Origin: Eledone cirrhosa
Taxonomy: Eukaryota
Assembly (NCBI GenBank): GCA_964016885.1
Contig: OZ024743.1
Location: 150,474,001-150,538,000 of the forward strand
DNA: 64,000 bases
Direction: 5' to 3'
Below, in pieces: positions 26,859-39,556 of the stretch. How positions within the stretch are numbered: position 1 is the first letter of the stretch; every line of letters starts with the position of its first letter. The notes below the pieces were generated by a model that had not been told where the DNA came from, searched no databases, and saw nothing but the letters and a program-made list of their open reading frames with translations. The position numbers were made by a program, and so were the translations under genes.

Positions 26859-27117
26859 ATATTTTTAACAAAATACACTGTCTGTGATTTTCAGTTAATT
26901 TTGAAAATAATACAGAATTCCGTGAGACTTAGTAAAATAACTACCTTTGTCATGCTTCATTTAGTACTTGGAACATAACATAAGATAAGGTTCTTACATT
27001 AAATTGTGATAGGTTTTAATTTAAATATAAAGACTTGGGAATTTCTTATCCCAAATAATCCCAATAATGCAGATAATATCCTAACTCTGCTACAGACAAT
27101 TTGGTTATACTAAAATT

Positions 27118-27228
27118 AATTGTTTCTACTTTTGGCACGAGGCCAGAAATTACTCAGTACATTACTGGTACATTATTTTATCGACCCCGTAAGGATGAAA
27201 GGCAAAGTTAACCTTAGAGGGATTTGAA
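27118..27228 (-). mobile_element. Family A SINE, 5'-truncated
   Basis: Match to family A 3' half. Confidence 0.75.
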
Positions 27229-27989
27229 AAAATAATATGGTTACCATAGCATTCAAAATTTTATAGACCCAATTTTATAGACCTCAGACAAGATAAGAAT
27301 GTAATACCGAAAACAAAGAAACTTTAAACTACCAGACGACAATAACAGATTAATCATTGCTAGAATTAAAACTTTGTATTTCCAAGAGGAATAACTGTGA
27401 AAATAAACCTAATTTTTCATAGGGTATATTTATTGTTTTTAATGCTCCTGCCTCTTTTTTTTTTCACTGTTCGTAGAGGCATTATAGTTTTCCTTGGCTC
27501 AATAAAACTATATCAGAATCGCATAATGAAGCCAAGACTATAAAGCTACAATATATTCTAACCATTTCATAAAGTGGCATTTTCACTATATAGGTCAATA
27601 AACAAAGTGGAAGGTATGTGACTGTGTGGTAAGGTTGCTCGGTACATAACTGTAAGATCATGAGTTTGATTCCTGGTAGCATCAAGCATCTCTTACTATT
27701 GACAGTCAACACAAGCAAGTTCCAAGTTTGTCTACTAATTTAACTGGCACTTGACTGAAATGCCATGAGTGAAGTTAGTGATAAAGATACTATGGGTTGA
27801 GGGATGGCTAATGTCTTTGTTTTCTTTTTTTCTTGTTTCTTTCTGTCTTTGTTTATTTCCTTTCTCTGCAGTACCCACAAAGGATGGACGGATTGTTAAG
27901 AGATGAACGCTAATGGTAGACCTTGATTTTGTTAAATAATTTTGCAAATCTCTGTTGGTGTATTTGATCATATCTGTACATATAAAAAA

Positions 27990-28264
27990 AGTCTGTCTTA
28001 TGCCTGAAGGCTCATTTGGCCAGTGCTTATCCTGGTTTCATGGTGTGAAGCAACTGAGGGTACAAGACTCCCCCCTGGACAGGACGCCAGTCCATCGCAG
28101 GGTTAAACCCCCAGCTATTGCTGGTACTCATTTTCAGCTGTGTATACTGGAGCAACGTGAAATGAAGTGTTTTGCTCAAGAACACAACACACAACCAAGG
28201 AATTGAACCCACGACATTATGATCGTAAGTCCAACACCCTTACCATTAGGCCACGTGCCTCCAC
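27990..28264 (-). mobile_element. tRNA-derived SINE, family B
   Basis: Minus: GGCACGTGGCCTAATGGTAAG (A box), GGTTCAATTCC (B box), TGTTCTTGAGCAAAACACTT, CCCTGCGATGGACTGGCGTCCTGTCCAGGGGG. Confidence 0.8.
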
Positions 28265-28284
28265 TAAAATAAAATAAAAGGAAA

Positions 28285-28402
28285 TGCTTACAGCACCTAG
28301 GTTTCCCAAGTGGTCACCCATCTAAGTACTAACTAGGCTCGACGTTACTTAACTTCAGTGATCGGATGAGAACTGATGTTGTCAGTGGATATGGCCGTAA
28401 AC
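28285..28402 (-). rRNA. 5S rRNA copy, full length, probably a pseudogene
   Basis: Minus: GTTTACGGCCATATCC...CCGATCACTGAAGTTAAG...GTTAGTACTTAGATGGGTGACCACTTGGGAAACCTAGGTGCTGTAAGCA followed by T-rich run; solitary, with CpG-type substitutions. Confidence 0.85.
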
Positions 28403-28489
28403 TTAGTGCATATAAGTTTATGTATATATGATTTAATCTTAATTATGTTTCGCATTCATGTGTGTATATTATATTTATTTATATGTAAA

Positions 28490-28674
28490 CGGCGGTGGAT
28501 TGGCAGTATCGGTAGAGGGTCGGACGCCATGCTTTCCAGCATAGTTACGTCCCTTTACGATCTGATTTCAAATCCCGCCGAGGTTGACTTTGCCTTTCAT
28601 CCTTACGGGGTCGATAAAATAAAGTACCAGTAATGAACTGGGTAATTGCTGGCCTTGTGCCTAAAGTAGAAACA
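28490..28674 (+). mobile_element. Family A SINE, full length
   Basis: GGCGGTGGATTGGCAGTATCGGTAGAGGG...GTAGAAACA. Confidence 0.9.
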
Positions 28675-28957
28675 TATATTTATTTATATGTAAATAATGA
28701 CATTGTGGTTAATGCCTTTTATGTTTCCTTTTGATAATGTATTTTGTGTTTTTCACTTTGGATTCATTTTGCTTATTTCTTTAATGGCTTGGGTGTTTCC
28801 TTTGTTATTATATTTATATGTTGTGTTCTACAAACTAGACTTCCCGATGTGCAGCATCATGTCATCAAGGAGAATAGTTTGAAGGTTTAAAGTTGAGAGA
28901 CAATGGGAGGAGGTGGAACATGGCCTATTACATAATGGGGTCAGAGTTGCCTCAGTT

Positions 28958-29172
28958 AATCGTTTTTGATTAGGTACAAGGCCAACAATTTTGGGGAAGG
29001 GAAAAGTCGATTAAATTGACCCCAGTGCATTACTGATACTTTATTTTATCAGCCCTGTAAGGATGAAAGGCAAAGTTAACCTTCATCGGATTTGAACTCA
29101 GAACATAAAGGGTCATAACTATGAGCCCCAAAGCATGTTGGCCAATGCTCTACTGATTACTGCCAATCTACT
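28958..29172 (-). mobile_element. Family A-related SINE, older and longer subfamily
   Basis: Same core with extra GGGGAAGGGAAAAGTCGATTAAATTGACCCCAGT segment. Confidence 0.7.
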
Positions 29173-32100
29173 GTAGATAATAATAGCTTTTTTTTTTTTT
29201 TTTTTATAAAGAAACTACGTAATGTAGTAGCAGCAGCTTGATATCGGTCTTCCCCATTTGGTGACTGTTGCAGTCGGGTTACCTATGCCAAGTTTTAAAA
29301 GAAGGGTGGTCCTCATTTGATTTGCTGAATTTGGAGGGTGAGTATGGTTTAGTTTAGCAGGATTCATGAGTACAGGTTAACGTTTGGTTTAGCGTGTTTG
29401 CTGAGTGTTTGTGGACTGTTTGGTGCAATAATAGTCTTGTTTACAAATATATAGTTCAATATTATGGCTTTCAATCCTTCTGTCTTTAACATATAATCTA
29501 GCATAAACTACTATCAAATAAAATATACTTTAATAGAAGTTGATCATTAGAATTCCAAGAGACAAGTGAGTGAACAAGCTAATGGGAGACCTTATGAATC
29601 AGCTTGAGCTGATTGGATTAGCAACCAAAATTTCTCTCAGATAAAACCTACCATCTTAGAAAAGGATAAGTTGAAAAGTTTGGTTCTGGCATTATTTTGT
29701 TTAAGAAAAAAGATAGAAAGATAATGGCTGGAATGTATTTAATCATAGGTCTGCTCAGTCAGGGCTGACTCAGTGGTAAACAACAAGTGAGCTGTGTCAG
29801 CAAGACTCAGTTCACTAAAAACTGAAAAATGAAGTATGTTGGTGAAATGTGAGAAGACATATATTTTGAGCAAGGTCCTTCTTCAATGAAAGGTCCTACA
29901 ATATGTGATGTGTATTAGTTTAATCTATGCAATCATGAAAAGTCAGGGGTAAAATGATAACTTATTCTTATAGCATGATACATGAATATAAGCAGTTAAT
30001 TGGTAAGAGGTAGAAAACTGACAGAAACATTAGAGAATCGGAGAAAATACCTTGTAGCATGTATTCATGCTTCTTGCATTCTGAGGAAAATCCCACCACA
30101 TTCAACTTTGATTTTCCTCTTTATGGGATTAATAAATAAAATTCCAGAGCAGGATGAATGACTAGCAAAGGCATTAGAGTATCTGATAAAATGCTTAATT
30201 GTAATTGTTCTAGCTCTTTGCATTTTGAGTTTGAATATGCTTTGGTTTACTTGAGTAATAGACATAAAGGGTCATCCACGTTAACAGTACCACCTTGTCA
30301 TCGAATGCCATTTTGTTACAGGCATTTGAACGATTTGAAGGATAACTTTCTCCCTCCTCTACCAGTTTTGGAGGCCTCTGAAAATGGTAATGAGCACAGC
30401 CTTTCTACTGACTAAGCTATCATTTTTTTTTTGTACAATACTTTAATGGGTTTGACATTAAAGCTACAATGCTTAAAAAGAATAAATGAGGAAAATAATA
30501 GTATAATTATGATCTTTACTATAGAATATTTTTTTCTGATTATAACATGGCAAAATAATTATGATAGTTAATTTAAATGTATCATTATATTACATCTTTT
30601 TCAAAAGCTTACTGATAATTTACAAGATACACTACATATATATAGTACAATAGTATGGCTTTCAATCCTTCTATCTTTAATATATAATCTATCATAAACT
30701 GCTATCAAATAAAATATACTTTAATGGAAGTTGATCATTAGAATTTCAAGAGACTAGTGAGTGGACAAGCCAATGTGAGACCTTTTATGTAGCTACTTGA
30801 CATGCTTGGATTAGCAGTCAAAAATAAATAGCAGTTAAGAACAAATAAAAGACATGAAATCCTAAAAGGAATAGTTGATATTTTGGATTCTCTTCAAATT
30901 AAAATTTGGATATTTATAAATCATCAAAGATTTTTAGCCACAATACTTACTCTTTCTTTTTGTTTCTTTGATACAATGAGAAATGAATGTAATACACAAT
31001 GTAACCATGTGCCTTTGAAACTACTAATTAGTATACACATTTTGATTATAAAGATGGTACAGGTTTAGAAATGGTAAAAATGTTACAGAGAATTTCAACA
31101 AACACAAATAAAAACAATTGTTCAATGATAGCATGTGAGTTAAAGGTGTAGTGATTGCTATTTCATTCTTTGTAACTTACACTCTAATGAAATGATAATG
31201 GACTAAGTATCAATTTTCTTAACATGATTGCATGTTTTTGTTTAGCTACAGATCAGCTCTGATTGAGCAGACAGACCTATAACTGAAGGCACTTGAACCT
31301 TGGTTATCCCATCATATTTGTCTAACATTTAATTTCTTTACAACAGTGGGGTAAATCTGAAAGAGGTTGGCTGCTATTTATAACAGGTTGGTTTATATGA
31401 TTTCAAGTAGAATGATATGGAATTGACACTAAGTGTTCCACATACAATGGTATGACCAATATAGGGATGAGTTAACAACTATTAGAATTCAGATTTTAGA
31501 TAATCTAATTAATACTAGACATAGAATCAATTTTTTAGCATAGCAATTAGAATATGAAGCAAGTGGGAAAAATGCTAAGAATTGTTATGTCTGGTAGTGA
31601 CAAACCGATTATTTCTTAAACAAAAAGTAGATCATAAAATGCAAGTGTAAAAAATGTAGTGATGTGAGATAAAAATACAAGACTTGAACTGGATTTGTCT
31701 AACAATCTTGCATAGATAAGATGAGAAAACAGAAAATTAGCAACATTTCCTACAGAAATGTAATGTCATGGATTGCTTTTGTAAATGGATAACGTATGAT
31801 GGATGAGGAAGTGCTTACAGGGCTGGGTTAAAACCTTAGTCGGGAGGTTGGGAGAAGGGCTCCATACATAAAAATTTAGAATACACAGCAAGCCCCCAAT
31901 TTTACAAATCAAAGTCAGCTTGGCACAAGTAATTGGAATTGAAAAGTTATACATACAGGTATTAAATTTTAAAAATCTTACCATCCTCATTTTATGTCGA
32001 CTTTCCACACTGGCCTGTATTGGACAGGTTGTTACAGTCTAAGACCAGATATATCAGACAAACTTCATCTTGCTCATACATTACATATTTGGCATGGGTA

Positions 32101-32459
32101 CTAAATTTGATGAATGTTGCCACAGTAAGGACATTAAATACTTTTTGTTAAAAATATAATTCTCGTTGTCAAAGGGATAAAACAAATAAGCCCAGCAGAA
32201 GGCACAAATAAATTGCTATGTCTGTCACTGGTGTGGTTCCCCCACTGTAGGGACCTGTGGAAATTGTCTCCTTTAATCCCCATTAAATCCGGCCTTGATA
32301 GCAAAGAAACAAATTAACAAATATAGCAAGGTAATTAAATAAGAATATAAACAATTAGCTTTAACTATCATAAATAAAATAATGCTGAATGAGACTCTGG
32401 GACTATCTTAAACTGATTTGTCTTACATATGATATTTGAGTAAATAACATCAATCAGTA

Positions 32460-33850
32460 ACTATGGTTTCATAAATAGGACTGCTCAACTAATAATTCAA
32501 CAAACATTGTATGTAGCACAGAGTACAGCTCTGACATTTTTTGCAAGGTTGAACTTTGCACTGGAGATTTTGCTGCCACTTTGTGTGGCTTATCCAAGTT
32601 GAAACCAATCAACTGGATTACAAAGGAAACAAAGGAAATAGTTTTGTCTATGCTTTCTCCCAACTGTAAGGACAATTTACCACAGATTGGCAGAGACTTC
32701 CTCTTGCTATTCTCCATTTGCCCAATATAGAATTCATTTCCCTTCCCACCTTCTTTGAAACAACAGTCGTTTGAGTCCACTCCCAGCCATTTTTCATCTT
32801 AGGCCAGAGGTTAACACAGTTTCTAAAACCTCAAGAAAGCTGCCAGTATCAAATTCAGTGAATTTGACATTAACCCTTTAGCATTTACATTACTATTTAC
32901 TATTTACTATTGTATTTTCCCAATAAACACTTTATTTCATATAATTATCACACATAATATCGAATCTACAAGATTTTGATATTATTTATTTTAAGAACAA
33001 TACCTTAACATAAGTATGAGCAGCCAGTTACAGCCAGTTTGAACAGAAAGAGGTGAAATAATTCAGGCCAGATACAGCTGGTTTAAATGCTAAAGGGTTA
33101 AAGGGAATGTTTGACTCCCTTGCCCAATGTAAAGCAGAGTCTGTTGACTGATTGAGAGATAATCCTTCATCAGCTTTCAGATGATTGCCTTCAGTGGCCC
33201 ACCCCCATGTTATTTAAGAACAGTTTCCAGCCCTGGTAACATTAAAAGGTGATTGCCAAATTCTCAGAAGACTGGGTTGATATCATTAACCTATTTAGTA
33301 TGGATGAGGCATACATCTCTATTTCACTTATTGGAAGCCAATGTCTGTGGGGAATTTGAATGTTATGGCAGGCCCCATGGGTCATCATAGAATGTCCTTC
33401 TATTTGAATGCAGGCTGCTTTGTTTGTCATACCTAACTAAACCTGATTATTAAGCAGGCTCTGGCTCAAGACAATATCCCAACAACTATGAAGTTAGGTG
33501 GATTGTCAAGGGTTGATGGGAAGAGGCCAGATTCCCTTACACTTTGCCCCTGGGTAAGTAGTAGATTCATTTGGGATGTCACAGTTAGTGACTCTTTTGC
33601 TCCTTCACACATCCTGGATTCTGCAGTACAGGTGGGGTCACTACATTCATAGCGGGATGGAATAAAATTATAGTAATAGCAAGTATTATTTGCAAACAAT
33701 TTTCTTTAGCCTGTGATATTCAAGACGTTTGAGGGATCTTTTCCATTTACAATGAGGTACTTGTCATTGTTGGTAGCTCGTCTAACCAAAGTATCAGGTG
33801 ATGCCCACAAGAATGCTTGATTATTTCATCATCTTAGCTATCACTTTCTG
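32460..33850 (+). pseudogene. Highly decayed CRE-like non-LTR element, interrupted by a MITE
   Basis: DGKRPDSLTLCPWVSSRFIWDVTVSDSFAPSHI (RLE PD..D motif) near 33515-33615; the upstream extent is uncertain. Confidence 0.55.
32874..33097. mobile_element. piggyBac-type MITE
   Basis: TTAA|CCCTTTAGCATTTA ... TAAATGCTAAAGGG|TTAA: perfect 14-bp TIR and TTAA TSD. Confidence 0.85.
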
Positions 33851-35136
33851 TGAGTCTGTTGGCTTGCCTAAAAAAATAAATATCAGAAGGAAACTCCAAT
33901 GTCTCAAGTAGTGGCATGTGATTGAGTGTACATGTATTATTCCCCCTTTTTTCTTTATTTTTAAATATTATTTGTGTTTACATTTATACATTCTATTGAA
34001 ATAAACTCATGCAGGCTTTTATTTAGAAGACCTATAAATTACACTAAGCAACTCATAAAAATATTTTAAAGTCAGGCCTAAATTTGTTATGATACAGGAT
34101 TTCAATTAAGATCATTATACATGTCATACAAATTCTCATAAAGTGGAGCAGACTTCTCATACCTGATTCATAATTTAAGATGGTAACCTAATGACAATAC
34201 TGTTTGGTGCCCTTTAAAATCCTTCTGCTATTGAAAGACTTAAAATAAGCTACAGATTGATCCTTCTTTTCCTTGAACAGCTCATGACAATAAAGATCAT
34301 ATTTAACAATCCTATAAATATCCATTTACTTGAATTAGCAGAATAGGTTTTATTTTTAGTTGCATGGTAAGCAATTTTGTTAAAAAAGAAAACATTTTCA
34401 AAACAACATAAGTAAATGTAAAGAAAGCATGCTGCCAACAGTTTTCTTTACTGTATGAGAATTTTCAAAGGTTCTGTTAGTTTGGATTTCCTGTAATTGT
34501 AAATGCTGTTACTTCAGTTATTTATTAAATCATAAAATCAATGAAAATTATCTTTTGACTACATGACTGTTTAATAATAAATGTGTGAAGAAATGAACTT
34601 GTATAAATAAGTCCTGAAAAGTAGTTTTTGACTCCCATACCAGTGTGTGAAGTCAAAAATAAACTATCTTAAAAGACATATAATATAATTAGTAATTGTT
34701 TCTAGAGGATAAAACAATTCCAATGTGTGATAGTAATAAGTACAAGATTCCGAAATGGATAAGATTAAATTAGAATAAAGATTCTCTTACTCTCAAAGAA
34801 TCAAGGAAAGAATTATTTATTGTTGCTGCTAAATATTTTATTTCTTTCCAACGACTATCATTCAAATATAACAGACCTTGTTTTCATCTTCATATTCTGT
34901 TCATAATTTTATAATGATCCAACATCATATTTTTAAGCCTGGTTCTATACTAATGAGTATTATACAAATGAAAGTTGCTTACATCACCAACGATTCTTAA
35001 GCAATTACTCATCTAAATATTATTTAAATTTGGTGAACTGATGTTTTCAATATGATATGGCTGAATGGATCTGCATATTAAAGTATTTATTTCTCCATTA
35101 TCCTGAGCTCCACAGAACAGGATGAGGGATGCTATC

Positions 35137-35650
35137 AGTGGAGGCATGATCTGCACCTCCAAACCATTACTGAAGCAAACTGCAAAAGAATCAAAGATAA
35201 CAGACACACATAAGCTATAGCCAGGAAAATTGTTCATGGAGGGTGAATGGGCAAATGAAGACCTAAGAACTGCCTAGCTAACTTGTATACCTTAGATGAA
35301 ACTGAAAAGTTGCCTGGAAATTCCAATACATATCACTCAGCCAATGTTGAGAATAGTCACCATCTTGGTTTCCATGGTATCAAGACAGCTTGCTTTAGTG
35401 GTGCTAACTGTTACCTGGGGGAGAGGATGGAGGAGACACACGAAAGGAAGAGAACAAATTACCAGGAATTGTTGGAAGAGGGCTGCAAGAATGGATGGGG
35501 GTCTAGGTGCATGCCAGTGGATACTGACAGCTCATTCCCCTAGCAAAGCCTATGAAACTCTGGGCATTACATGAGCCAGCAAGAGAGCCACTTAAAACAA
35601 TATGGAAGCAGCTGAGAGGTCATCTACATGGCTATGATTGAGGAAAAGTT
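35137..35650 (+). pseudogene. Decayed HERO/NeSL-type non-LTR retrotransposon, RLE domain
   Basis: Across a frameshift: IPIHITQPMLR...SRQLALVVLTVTW/ERMEETHERKRTNYQELLEEGCKNGWGSRCMPV...SKAYETLGIT. Confidence 0.7.
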
Positions 35651-37413
35651 GTTTCAGGGGTTAGCAGTATGTTTGTCATTTGGACACAGATTGAGTCATG
35701 ATCAACCTCAATATGGTCACATGGATGGGGGGGGGGGCATGCTATAAGACCTGAAACACTCAGTGATTCCAGGATGAGACACTGATGATGTGTCCAAGGT
35801 TTTGAATCCATTGATGAGTGAAAAACATTATATCAGAACACTAAGTGTCTCTACTTAAAACTTTAATATCAAGCATGCTGTATAATTGACAATCTATGCA
35901 TCCATCATCAGTTTTTCTCAAACTCTTTGAACGTTTTCCTCGTGTCTTAGACAAACACAGATACACAAACAAAATTACAAATATTTATTTAATAGATTCA
36001 TCACATATAATTAAAACAAAACCTAAATCCATAGCCCCATAACCACATTGGCACTTTAATTATTTTGTAAATTGTTAAACTGTGCATGCATAAATAAATT
36101 CACAGTTTAAACGATCAATTGAAACACTGAAATATTAAATGTGTATGTAAAGGTCAAACAGCAAACTTGTTTATAGCCACATAAATAACTCACTAACTCT
36201 AAATAAAATGTACAATCATTTTTTTTAAGGGTAAAAATTACATTTCAGTCTTTAATATTTTAGATATTTCAACTAGAAATGTGCATCAAATTTTACACTA
36301 ATCAGCAAATTAGAAATATTTTTAAATAATTCTCATTTAAAAACAACTGATTTCTCTTTTTGTTTTTCAACAGAGATAATTGATTCAGTCACTGAACCTT
36401 AAAAAGTCTTTTCTTTTGTTTTTTTTATGAAGCATACCAGTTTGATAAAACACATGAATGGAAGCATAGAAAGAAGATTGAGAGTAGTGCTTGAACACAG
36501 TTTGTTCATAACCACAATGTTCATTTTTAATACCTGTTATGATCAATTTTTATTTCAAAAAGGAAAACCAAAATAAATCCAATGAAATGGAAAGGTCCAT
36601 AGTTGATTTTTTTTCCTTGCATAATTATTAGTTCAGGTATTTTAAATAAGATAAAATGTTTACAAGCAATCTGTGGAAAACTACAAAATCTTTTTCTCTA
36701 GAGATATTTAAAATAATTTTCCTTAAAATAATTACACCACAATTTATGTTTAAAATAAGTCTAATAAAAAAGTAAAACATCAGAGTTTGTTTTAAATTCA
36801 ACTTAAGAGAGAAAAATCATAAAATGTTTTGGTATGTAATAATTATCAATAAGTATTTTATCCTAATAACAATTATTAAAACATTTTAAATGGATTTCAA
36901 AGAATATGAATCTAATACTTTTTCTGTTAATCAGCTTTCATATGGTTTTCTTTTGCTCATTTCTACAATTAAAAAAGGGATTTTCTGTAATCTTATATTC
37001 TTAAAATCAAGCAGAGGAGTTAAATTGTTGTTAGTTGTCTTTTTATTTTGAAAAAAGAAAAAAAGCTAGTCATGTTTTGAATTGTTTAAATAATTGTTTC
37101 TACTTTTGGCACAAATGACATTAAAAGGCTTCTTGAAATTTCCTAGTGACAAAGATGGGACCTCCCAAAAGATACTCAATACAAACATTAATAATTCTTT
37201 CGTTATTTATACAAACATTAATAATGAAAATCTATTCAACTAAAACTTTCACAGAAATGTTAATGCTCTTCCTTGACTTTATATATAAATACTATATATA
37301 TATATATAACGAAGGAATTGTGGTAAGGAACGAGATGGACCATAACGCACTAGAGTACTCAATACTTAGGGTAGTAGAGTTGGTAATAGGAAAAAGTAAT
37401 GCCCCCAACCTCT

Positions 37414-37476
37414 GAGCTCAAGCCGTTTCGACGGCTATTTCTGGTCCAGAAATAGCCGTCGAAATGGCTTGAGCTC
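37414..37476. repeat. Near-perfect 63-bp palindrome
   Basis: GAGCTCAAGCCGTTTCGACGGCTATTTCTGG T CCAGAAATAGCCGTCGAAATGGCTTGAGCTC. Confidence 0.9.
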
Positions 37477-37542
37477 TGCTGCCGGCGTCATACTTTTTCC
37501 TATGTGTGTGTATATATATATGTGTGTGTATATATATATATA

Positions 37543-38012
37543 TGTCAAACTACCCTACTCTCACTAACCGCAGAAGCAACTGCAACTGCCGCCACCCTAA
37601 TGCATGCCCACTAAATGGACACTGTCTGACACCCAACATAGTCTATAGGTGCATGGTTAAAACTGCTTCGAATACCAGCTACTATATCGGATCTACCTCT
37701 AACCCTTTTAAGGTACGTTATAACGCGCACTCTTTTTCCTTCCGAGACCCTAACAACAGATGTTTGACATCTCTAGCTAGGGTCATTAAAAACCTTAAAT
37801 TAACCAACATTGAACACTCACTAACATGGGATATCTTAGCTAGGGCCCAACCGTTCAATGGACGAAGAAAATCTTGTGATCTCTGTATTACCGAAGCATA
37901 TTACATAACTCTATCACGACCTCTACCGATTAACGATAGAACGGGGGTAACTATTAGCTGTCAACATCGAAGGGCTAATTCCTTCGCCAACAGAATATTT
38001 GACCCAACATAG
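37543..38012 (+). CDS. GIY-YIG endonuclease domain of a 5'-truncated Penelope-like element
   Basis: CNCRHPNACPLNGHCLTPNIVY...YYIGSTSNPFKVRYNAH...WDILARAQPF...CDLCITE...CQH; followed by pLTR to ~38636. Confidence 0.85.
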
Positions 38013-38380
38013 TCATCTAGCCCCATTTTTACTCGTAACTAATAAGTTAAATAGCTATAACTAACTTAGATAATTATAAGTTACCTCCCCTACATTGTCT
38101 CTCAATAAAAAAAATTAAAAAGTTAGCACTTAAATATAAACTACCCACAATTTCTAATCTCTCGAGGAGTTACTTCCCCTGAAACCACCCTCTAATTAAT
38201 AAGGTAAATATGTCCATTGGCGGCCATCTTGTTACCCATAGGCAGATCTCACACAATGCAGCCTCAACAGATGAGTACAGCTTGATGTGGCTGACAACTG
38301 ATGCAACCAAGACACCATAGTAAAAACCAATATATGGAACATTATATTATGTAACATTCTCTCATTATTTTAATTTATAT

Positions 38381-38510
38381 TCCTTTGAAGTTCCGATGAG
38401 CCGCTCTGTCTTTTAAATATGTTAATTATTTTCAACTGAACCAGATCAATTATGATATAGTCATCTGATCCAGAAATATTATATGGAGTAGCGAAACAAT
38501 TGTAAACGGA
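38381..38510 (+). ncRNA. HHR with long helix II in the pLTR downstream of the GIY-YIG ORF (U4C variant)
   Basis: GTT-CCGATGA-GCCGCTCTGT...ATGGAGTAGC-GAAA-CAATTG-TA-AAC. Confidence 0.6.
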
Positions 38511-38650
38511 CATTATTATTATTAATATTATTATTATTATTCTCTACATTCCTTACACCAAACTAAAATATGTTGACAATCTTTTAATAATGTCTTACTT
38601 GTGAAATTTGTGGTCTTGTTTTGCTTAACTAATGAATGTATATATATATG

Positions 38651-38685
<35 letters not shown>

Positions 38686-38869
38686 ATATATATATGTATA
38701 TATATATATGTGTGTGTGTATATATATATATATGTATATATGGGAGAGATGACCCCTTAGACTTTGTCAAGGCAGAATTCTAGGAGAAGGAAAACTCTGA
38801 TATAACACCTGCAACCCTGATGGTATCCAATGATGTTGCCTTCTTCTTCTTTTTGGTAAATATCATCTT

Positions 38870-39091
38870 GGTTAAGAGAGTGGGACTGGCTTTGTGCAGT
38901 GCCTTTGCTCACTATAAAAGCTTCACGGCACAAGCATTGCGTTATATCTGGAGATCTCTCTGCACTTGTCGTCACATGGTACCATGGGCCCAGCACTATG
39001 TGTCAATAATTGTCACAGGTGTAGTGTTTGTACCAGAGTTTTCAAGTCGCTGGCTGGACTAAAAAGTCACACTCGTTCAGCGCATCGGTAG
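38870..39091 (+). pseudogene. LINE 3' fragment with C-terminal C2H2 finger
   Basis: [23 protein letters not shown] and upstream RYIWRSLC, resembling RTE/BovB C-termini. Confidence 0.4.
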
Positions 39092-39171
39092 GGGTTCTCC
39101 TACGTGGATATAAAGTAGTGGCCGTACTTGAAAACGAGTTGGCAGCCACCATATGTATATATATATATATG

Positions 39172-39222
<51 letters not shown>

Positions 39223-39256
39223 TGTGTGTATATATATATATATATGTATATATATA

Positions 39257-39403
<147 letters not shown>

Positions 39404-39556
39404 ATAAATGCTCTGAAATAGCGATATATATGTGAATATAGACAAAGAATATTCGAAAATACTCTGTATGTTTATAATAAACATTTTGAAGACCTAATCG
39501 CTATAGAATAGAATACGTCACGTATTACAATTAGATTCTCGATAAAAGCAAGGGAA

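Noticed and set aside
27618-27680. tRNA-like A/B boxes here and in SINE heads
   Set aside because: No cloverleaf; these are decayed SINE heads, not tRNA genes
30322-30386. Possible small exon (TTTTGTTACAG...ATG/GTAATG)
   Set aside because: No homology evidence; such signals arise by chance
29445-30830. ~190-bp direct repeat (29445-29640 and 30645-30830) as LTRs
   Set aside because: No TG..CA ends, PBS, PPT or internal coding; more likely a local duplication
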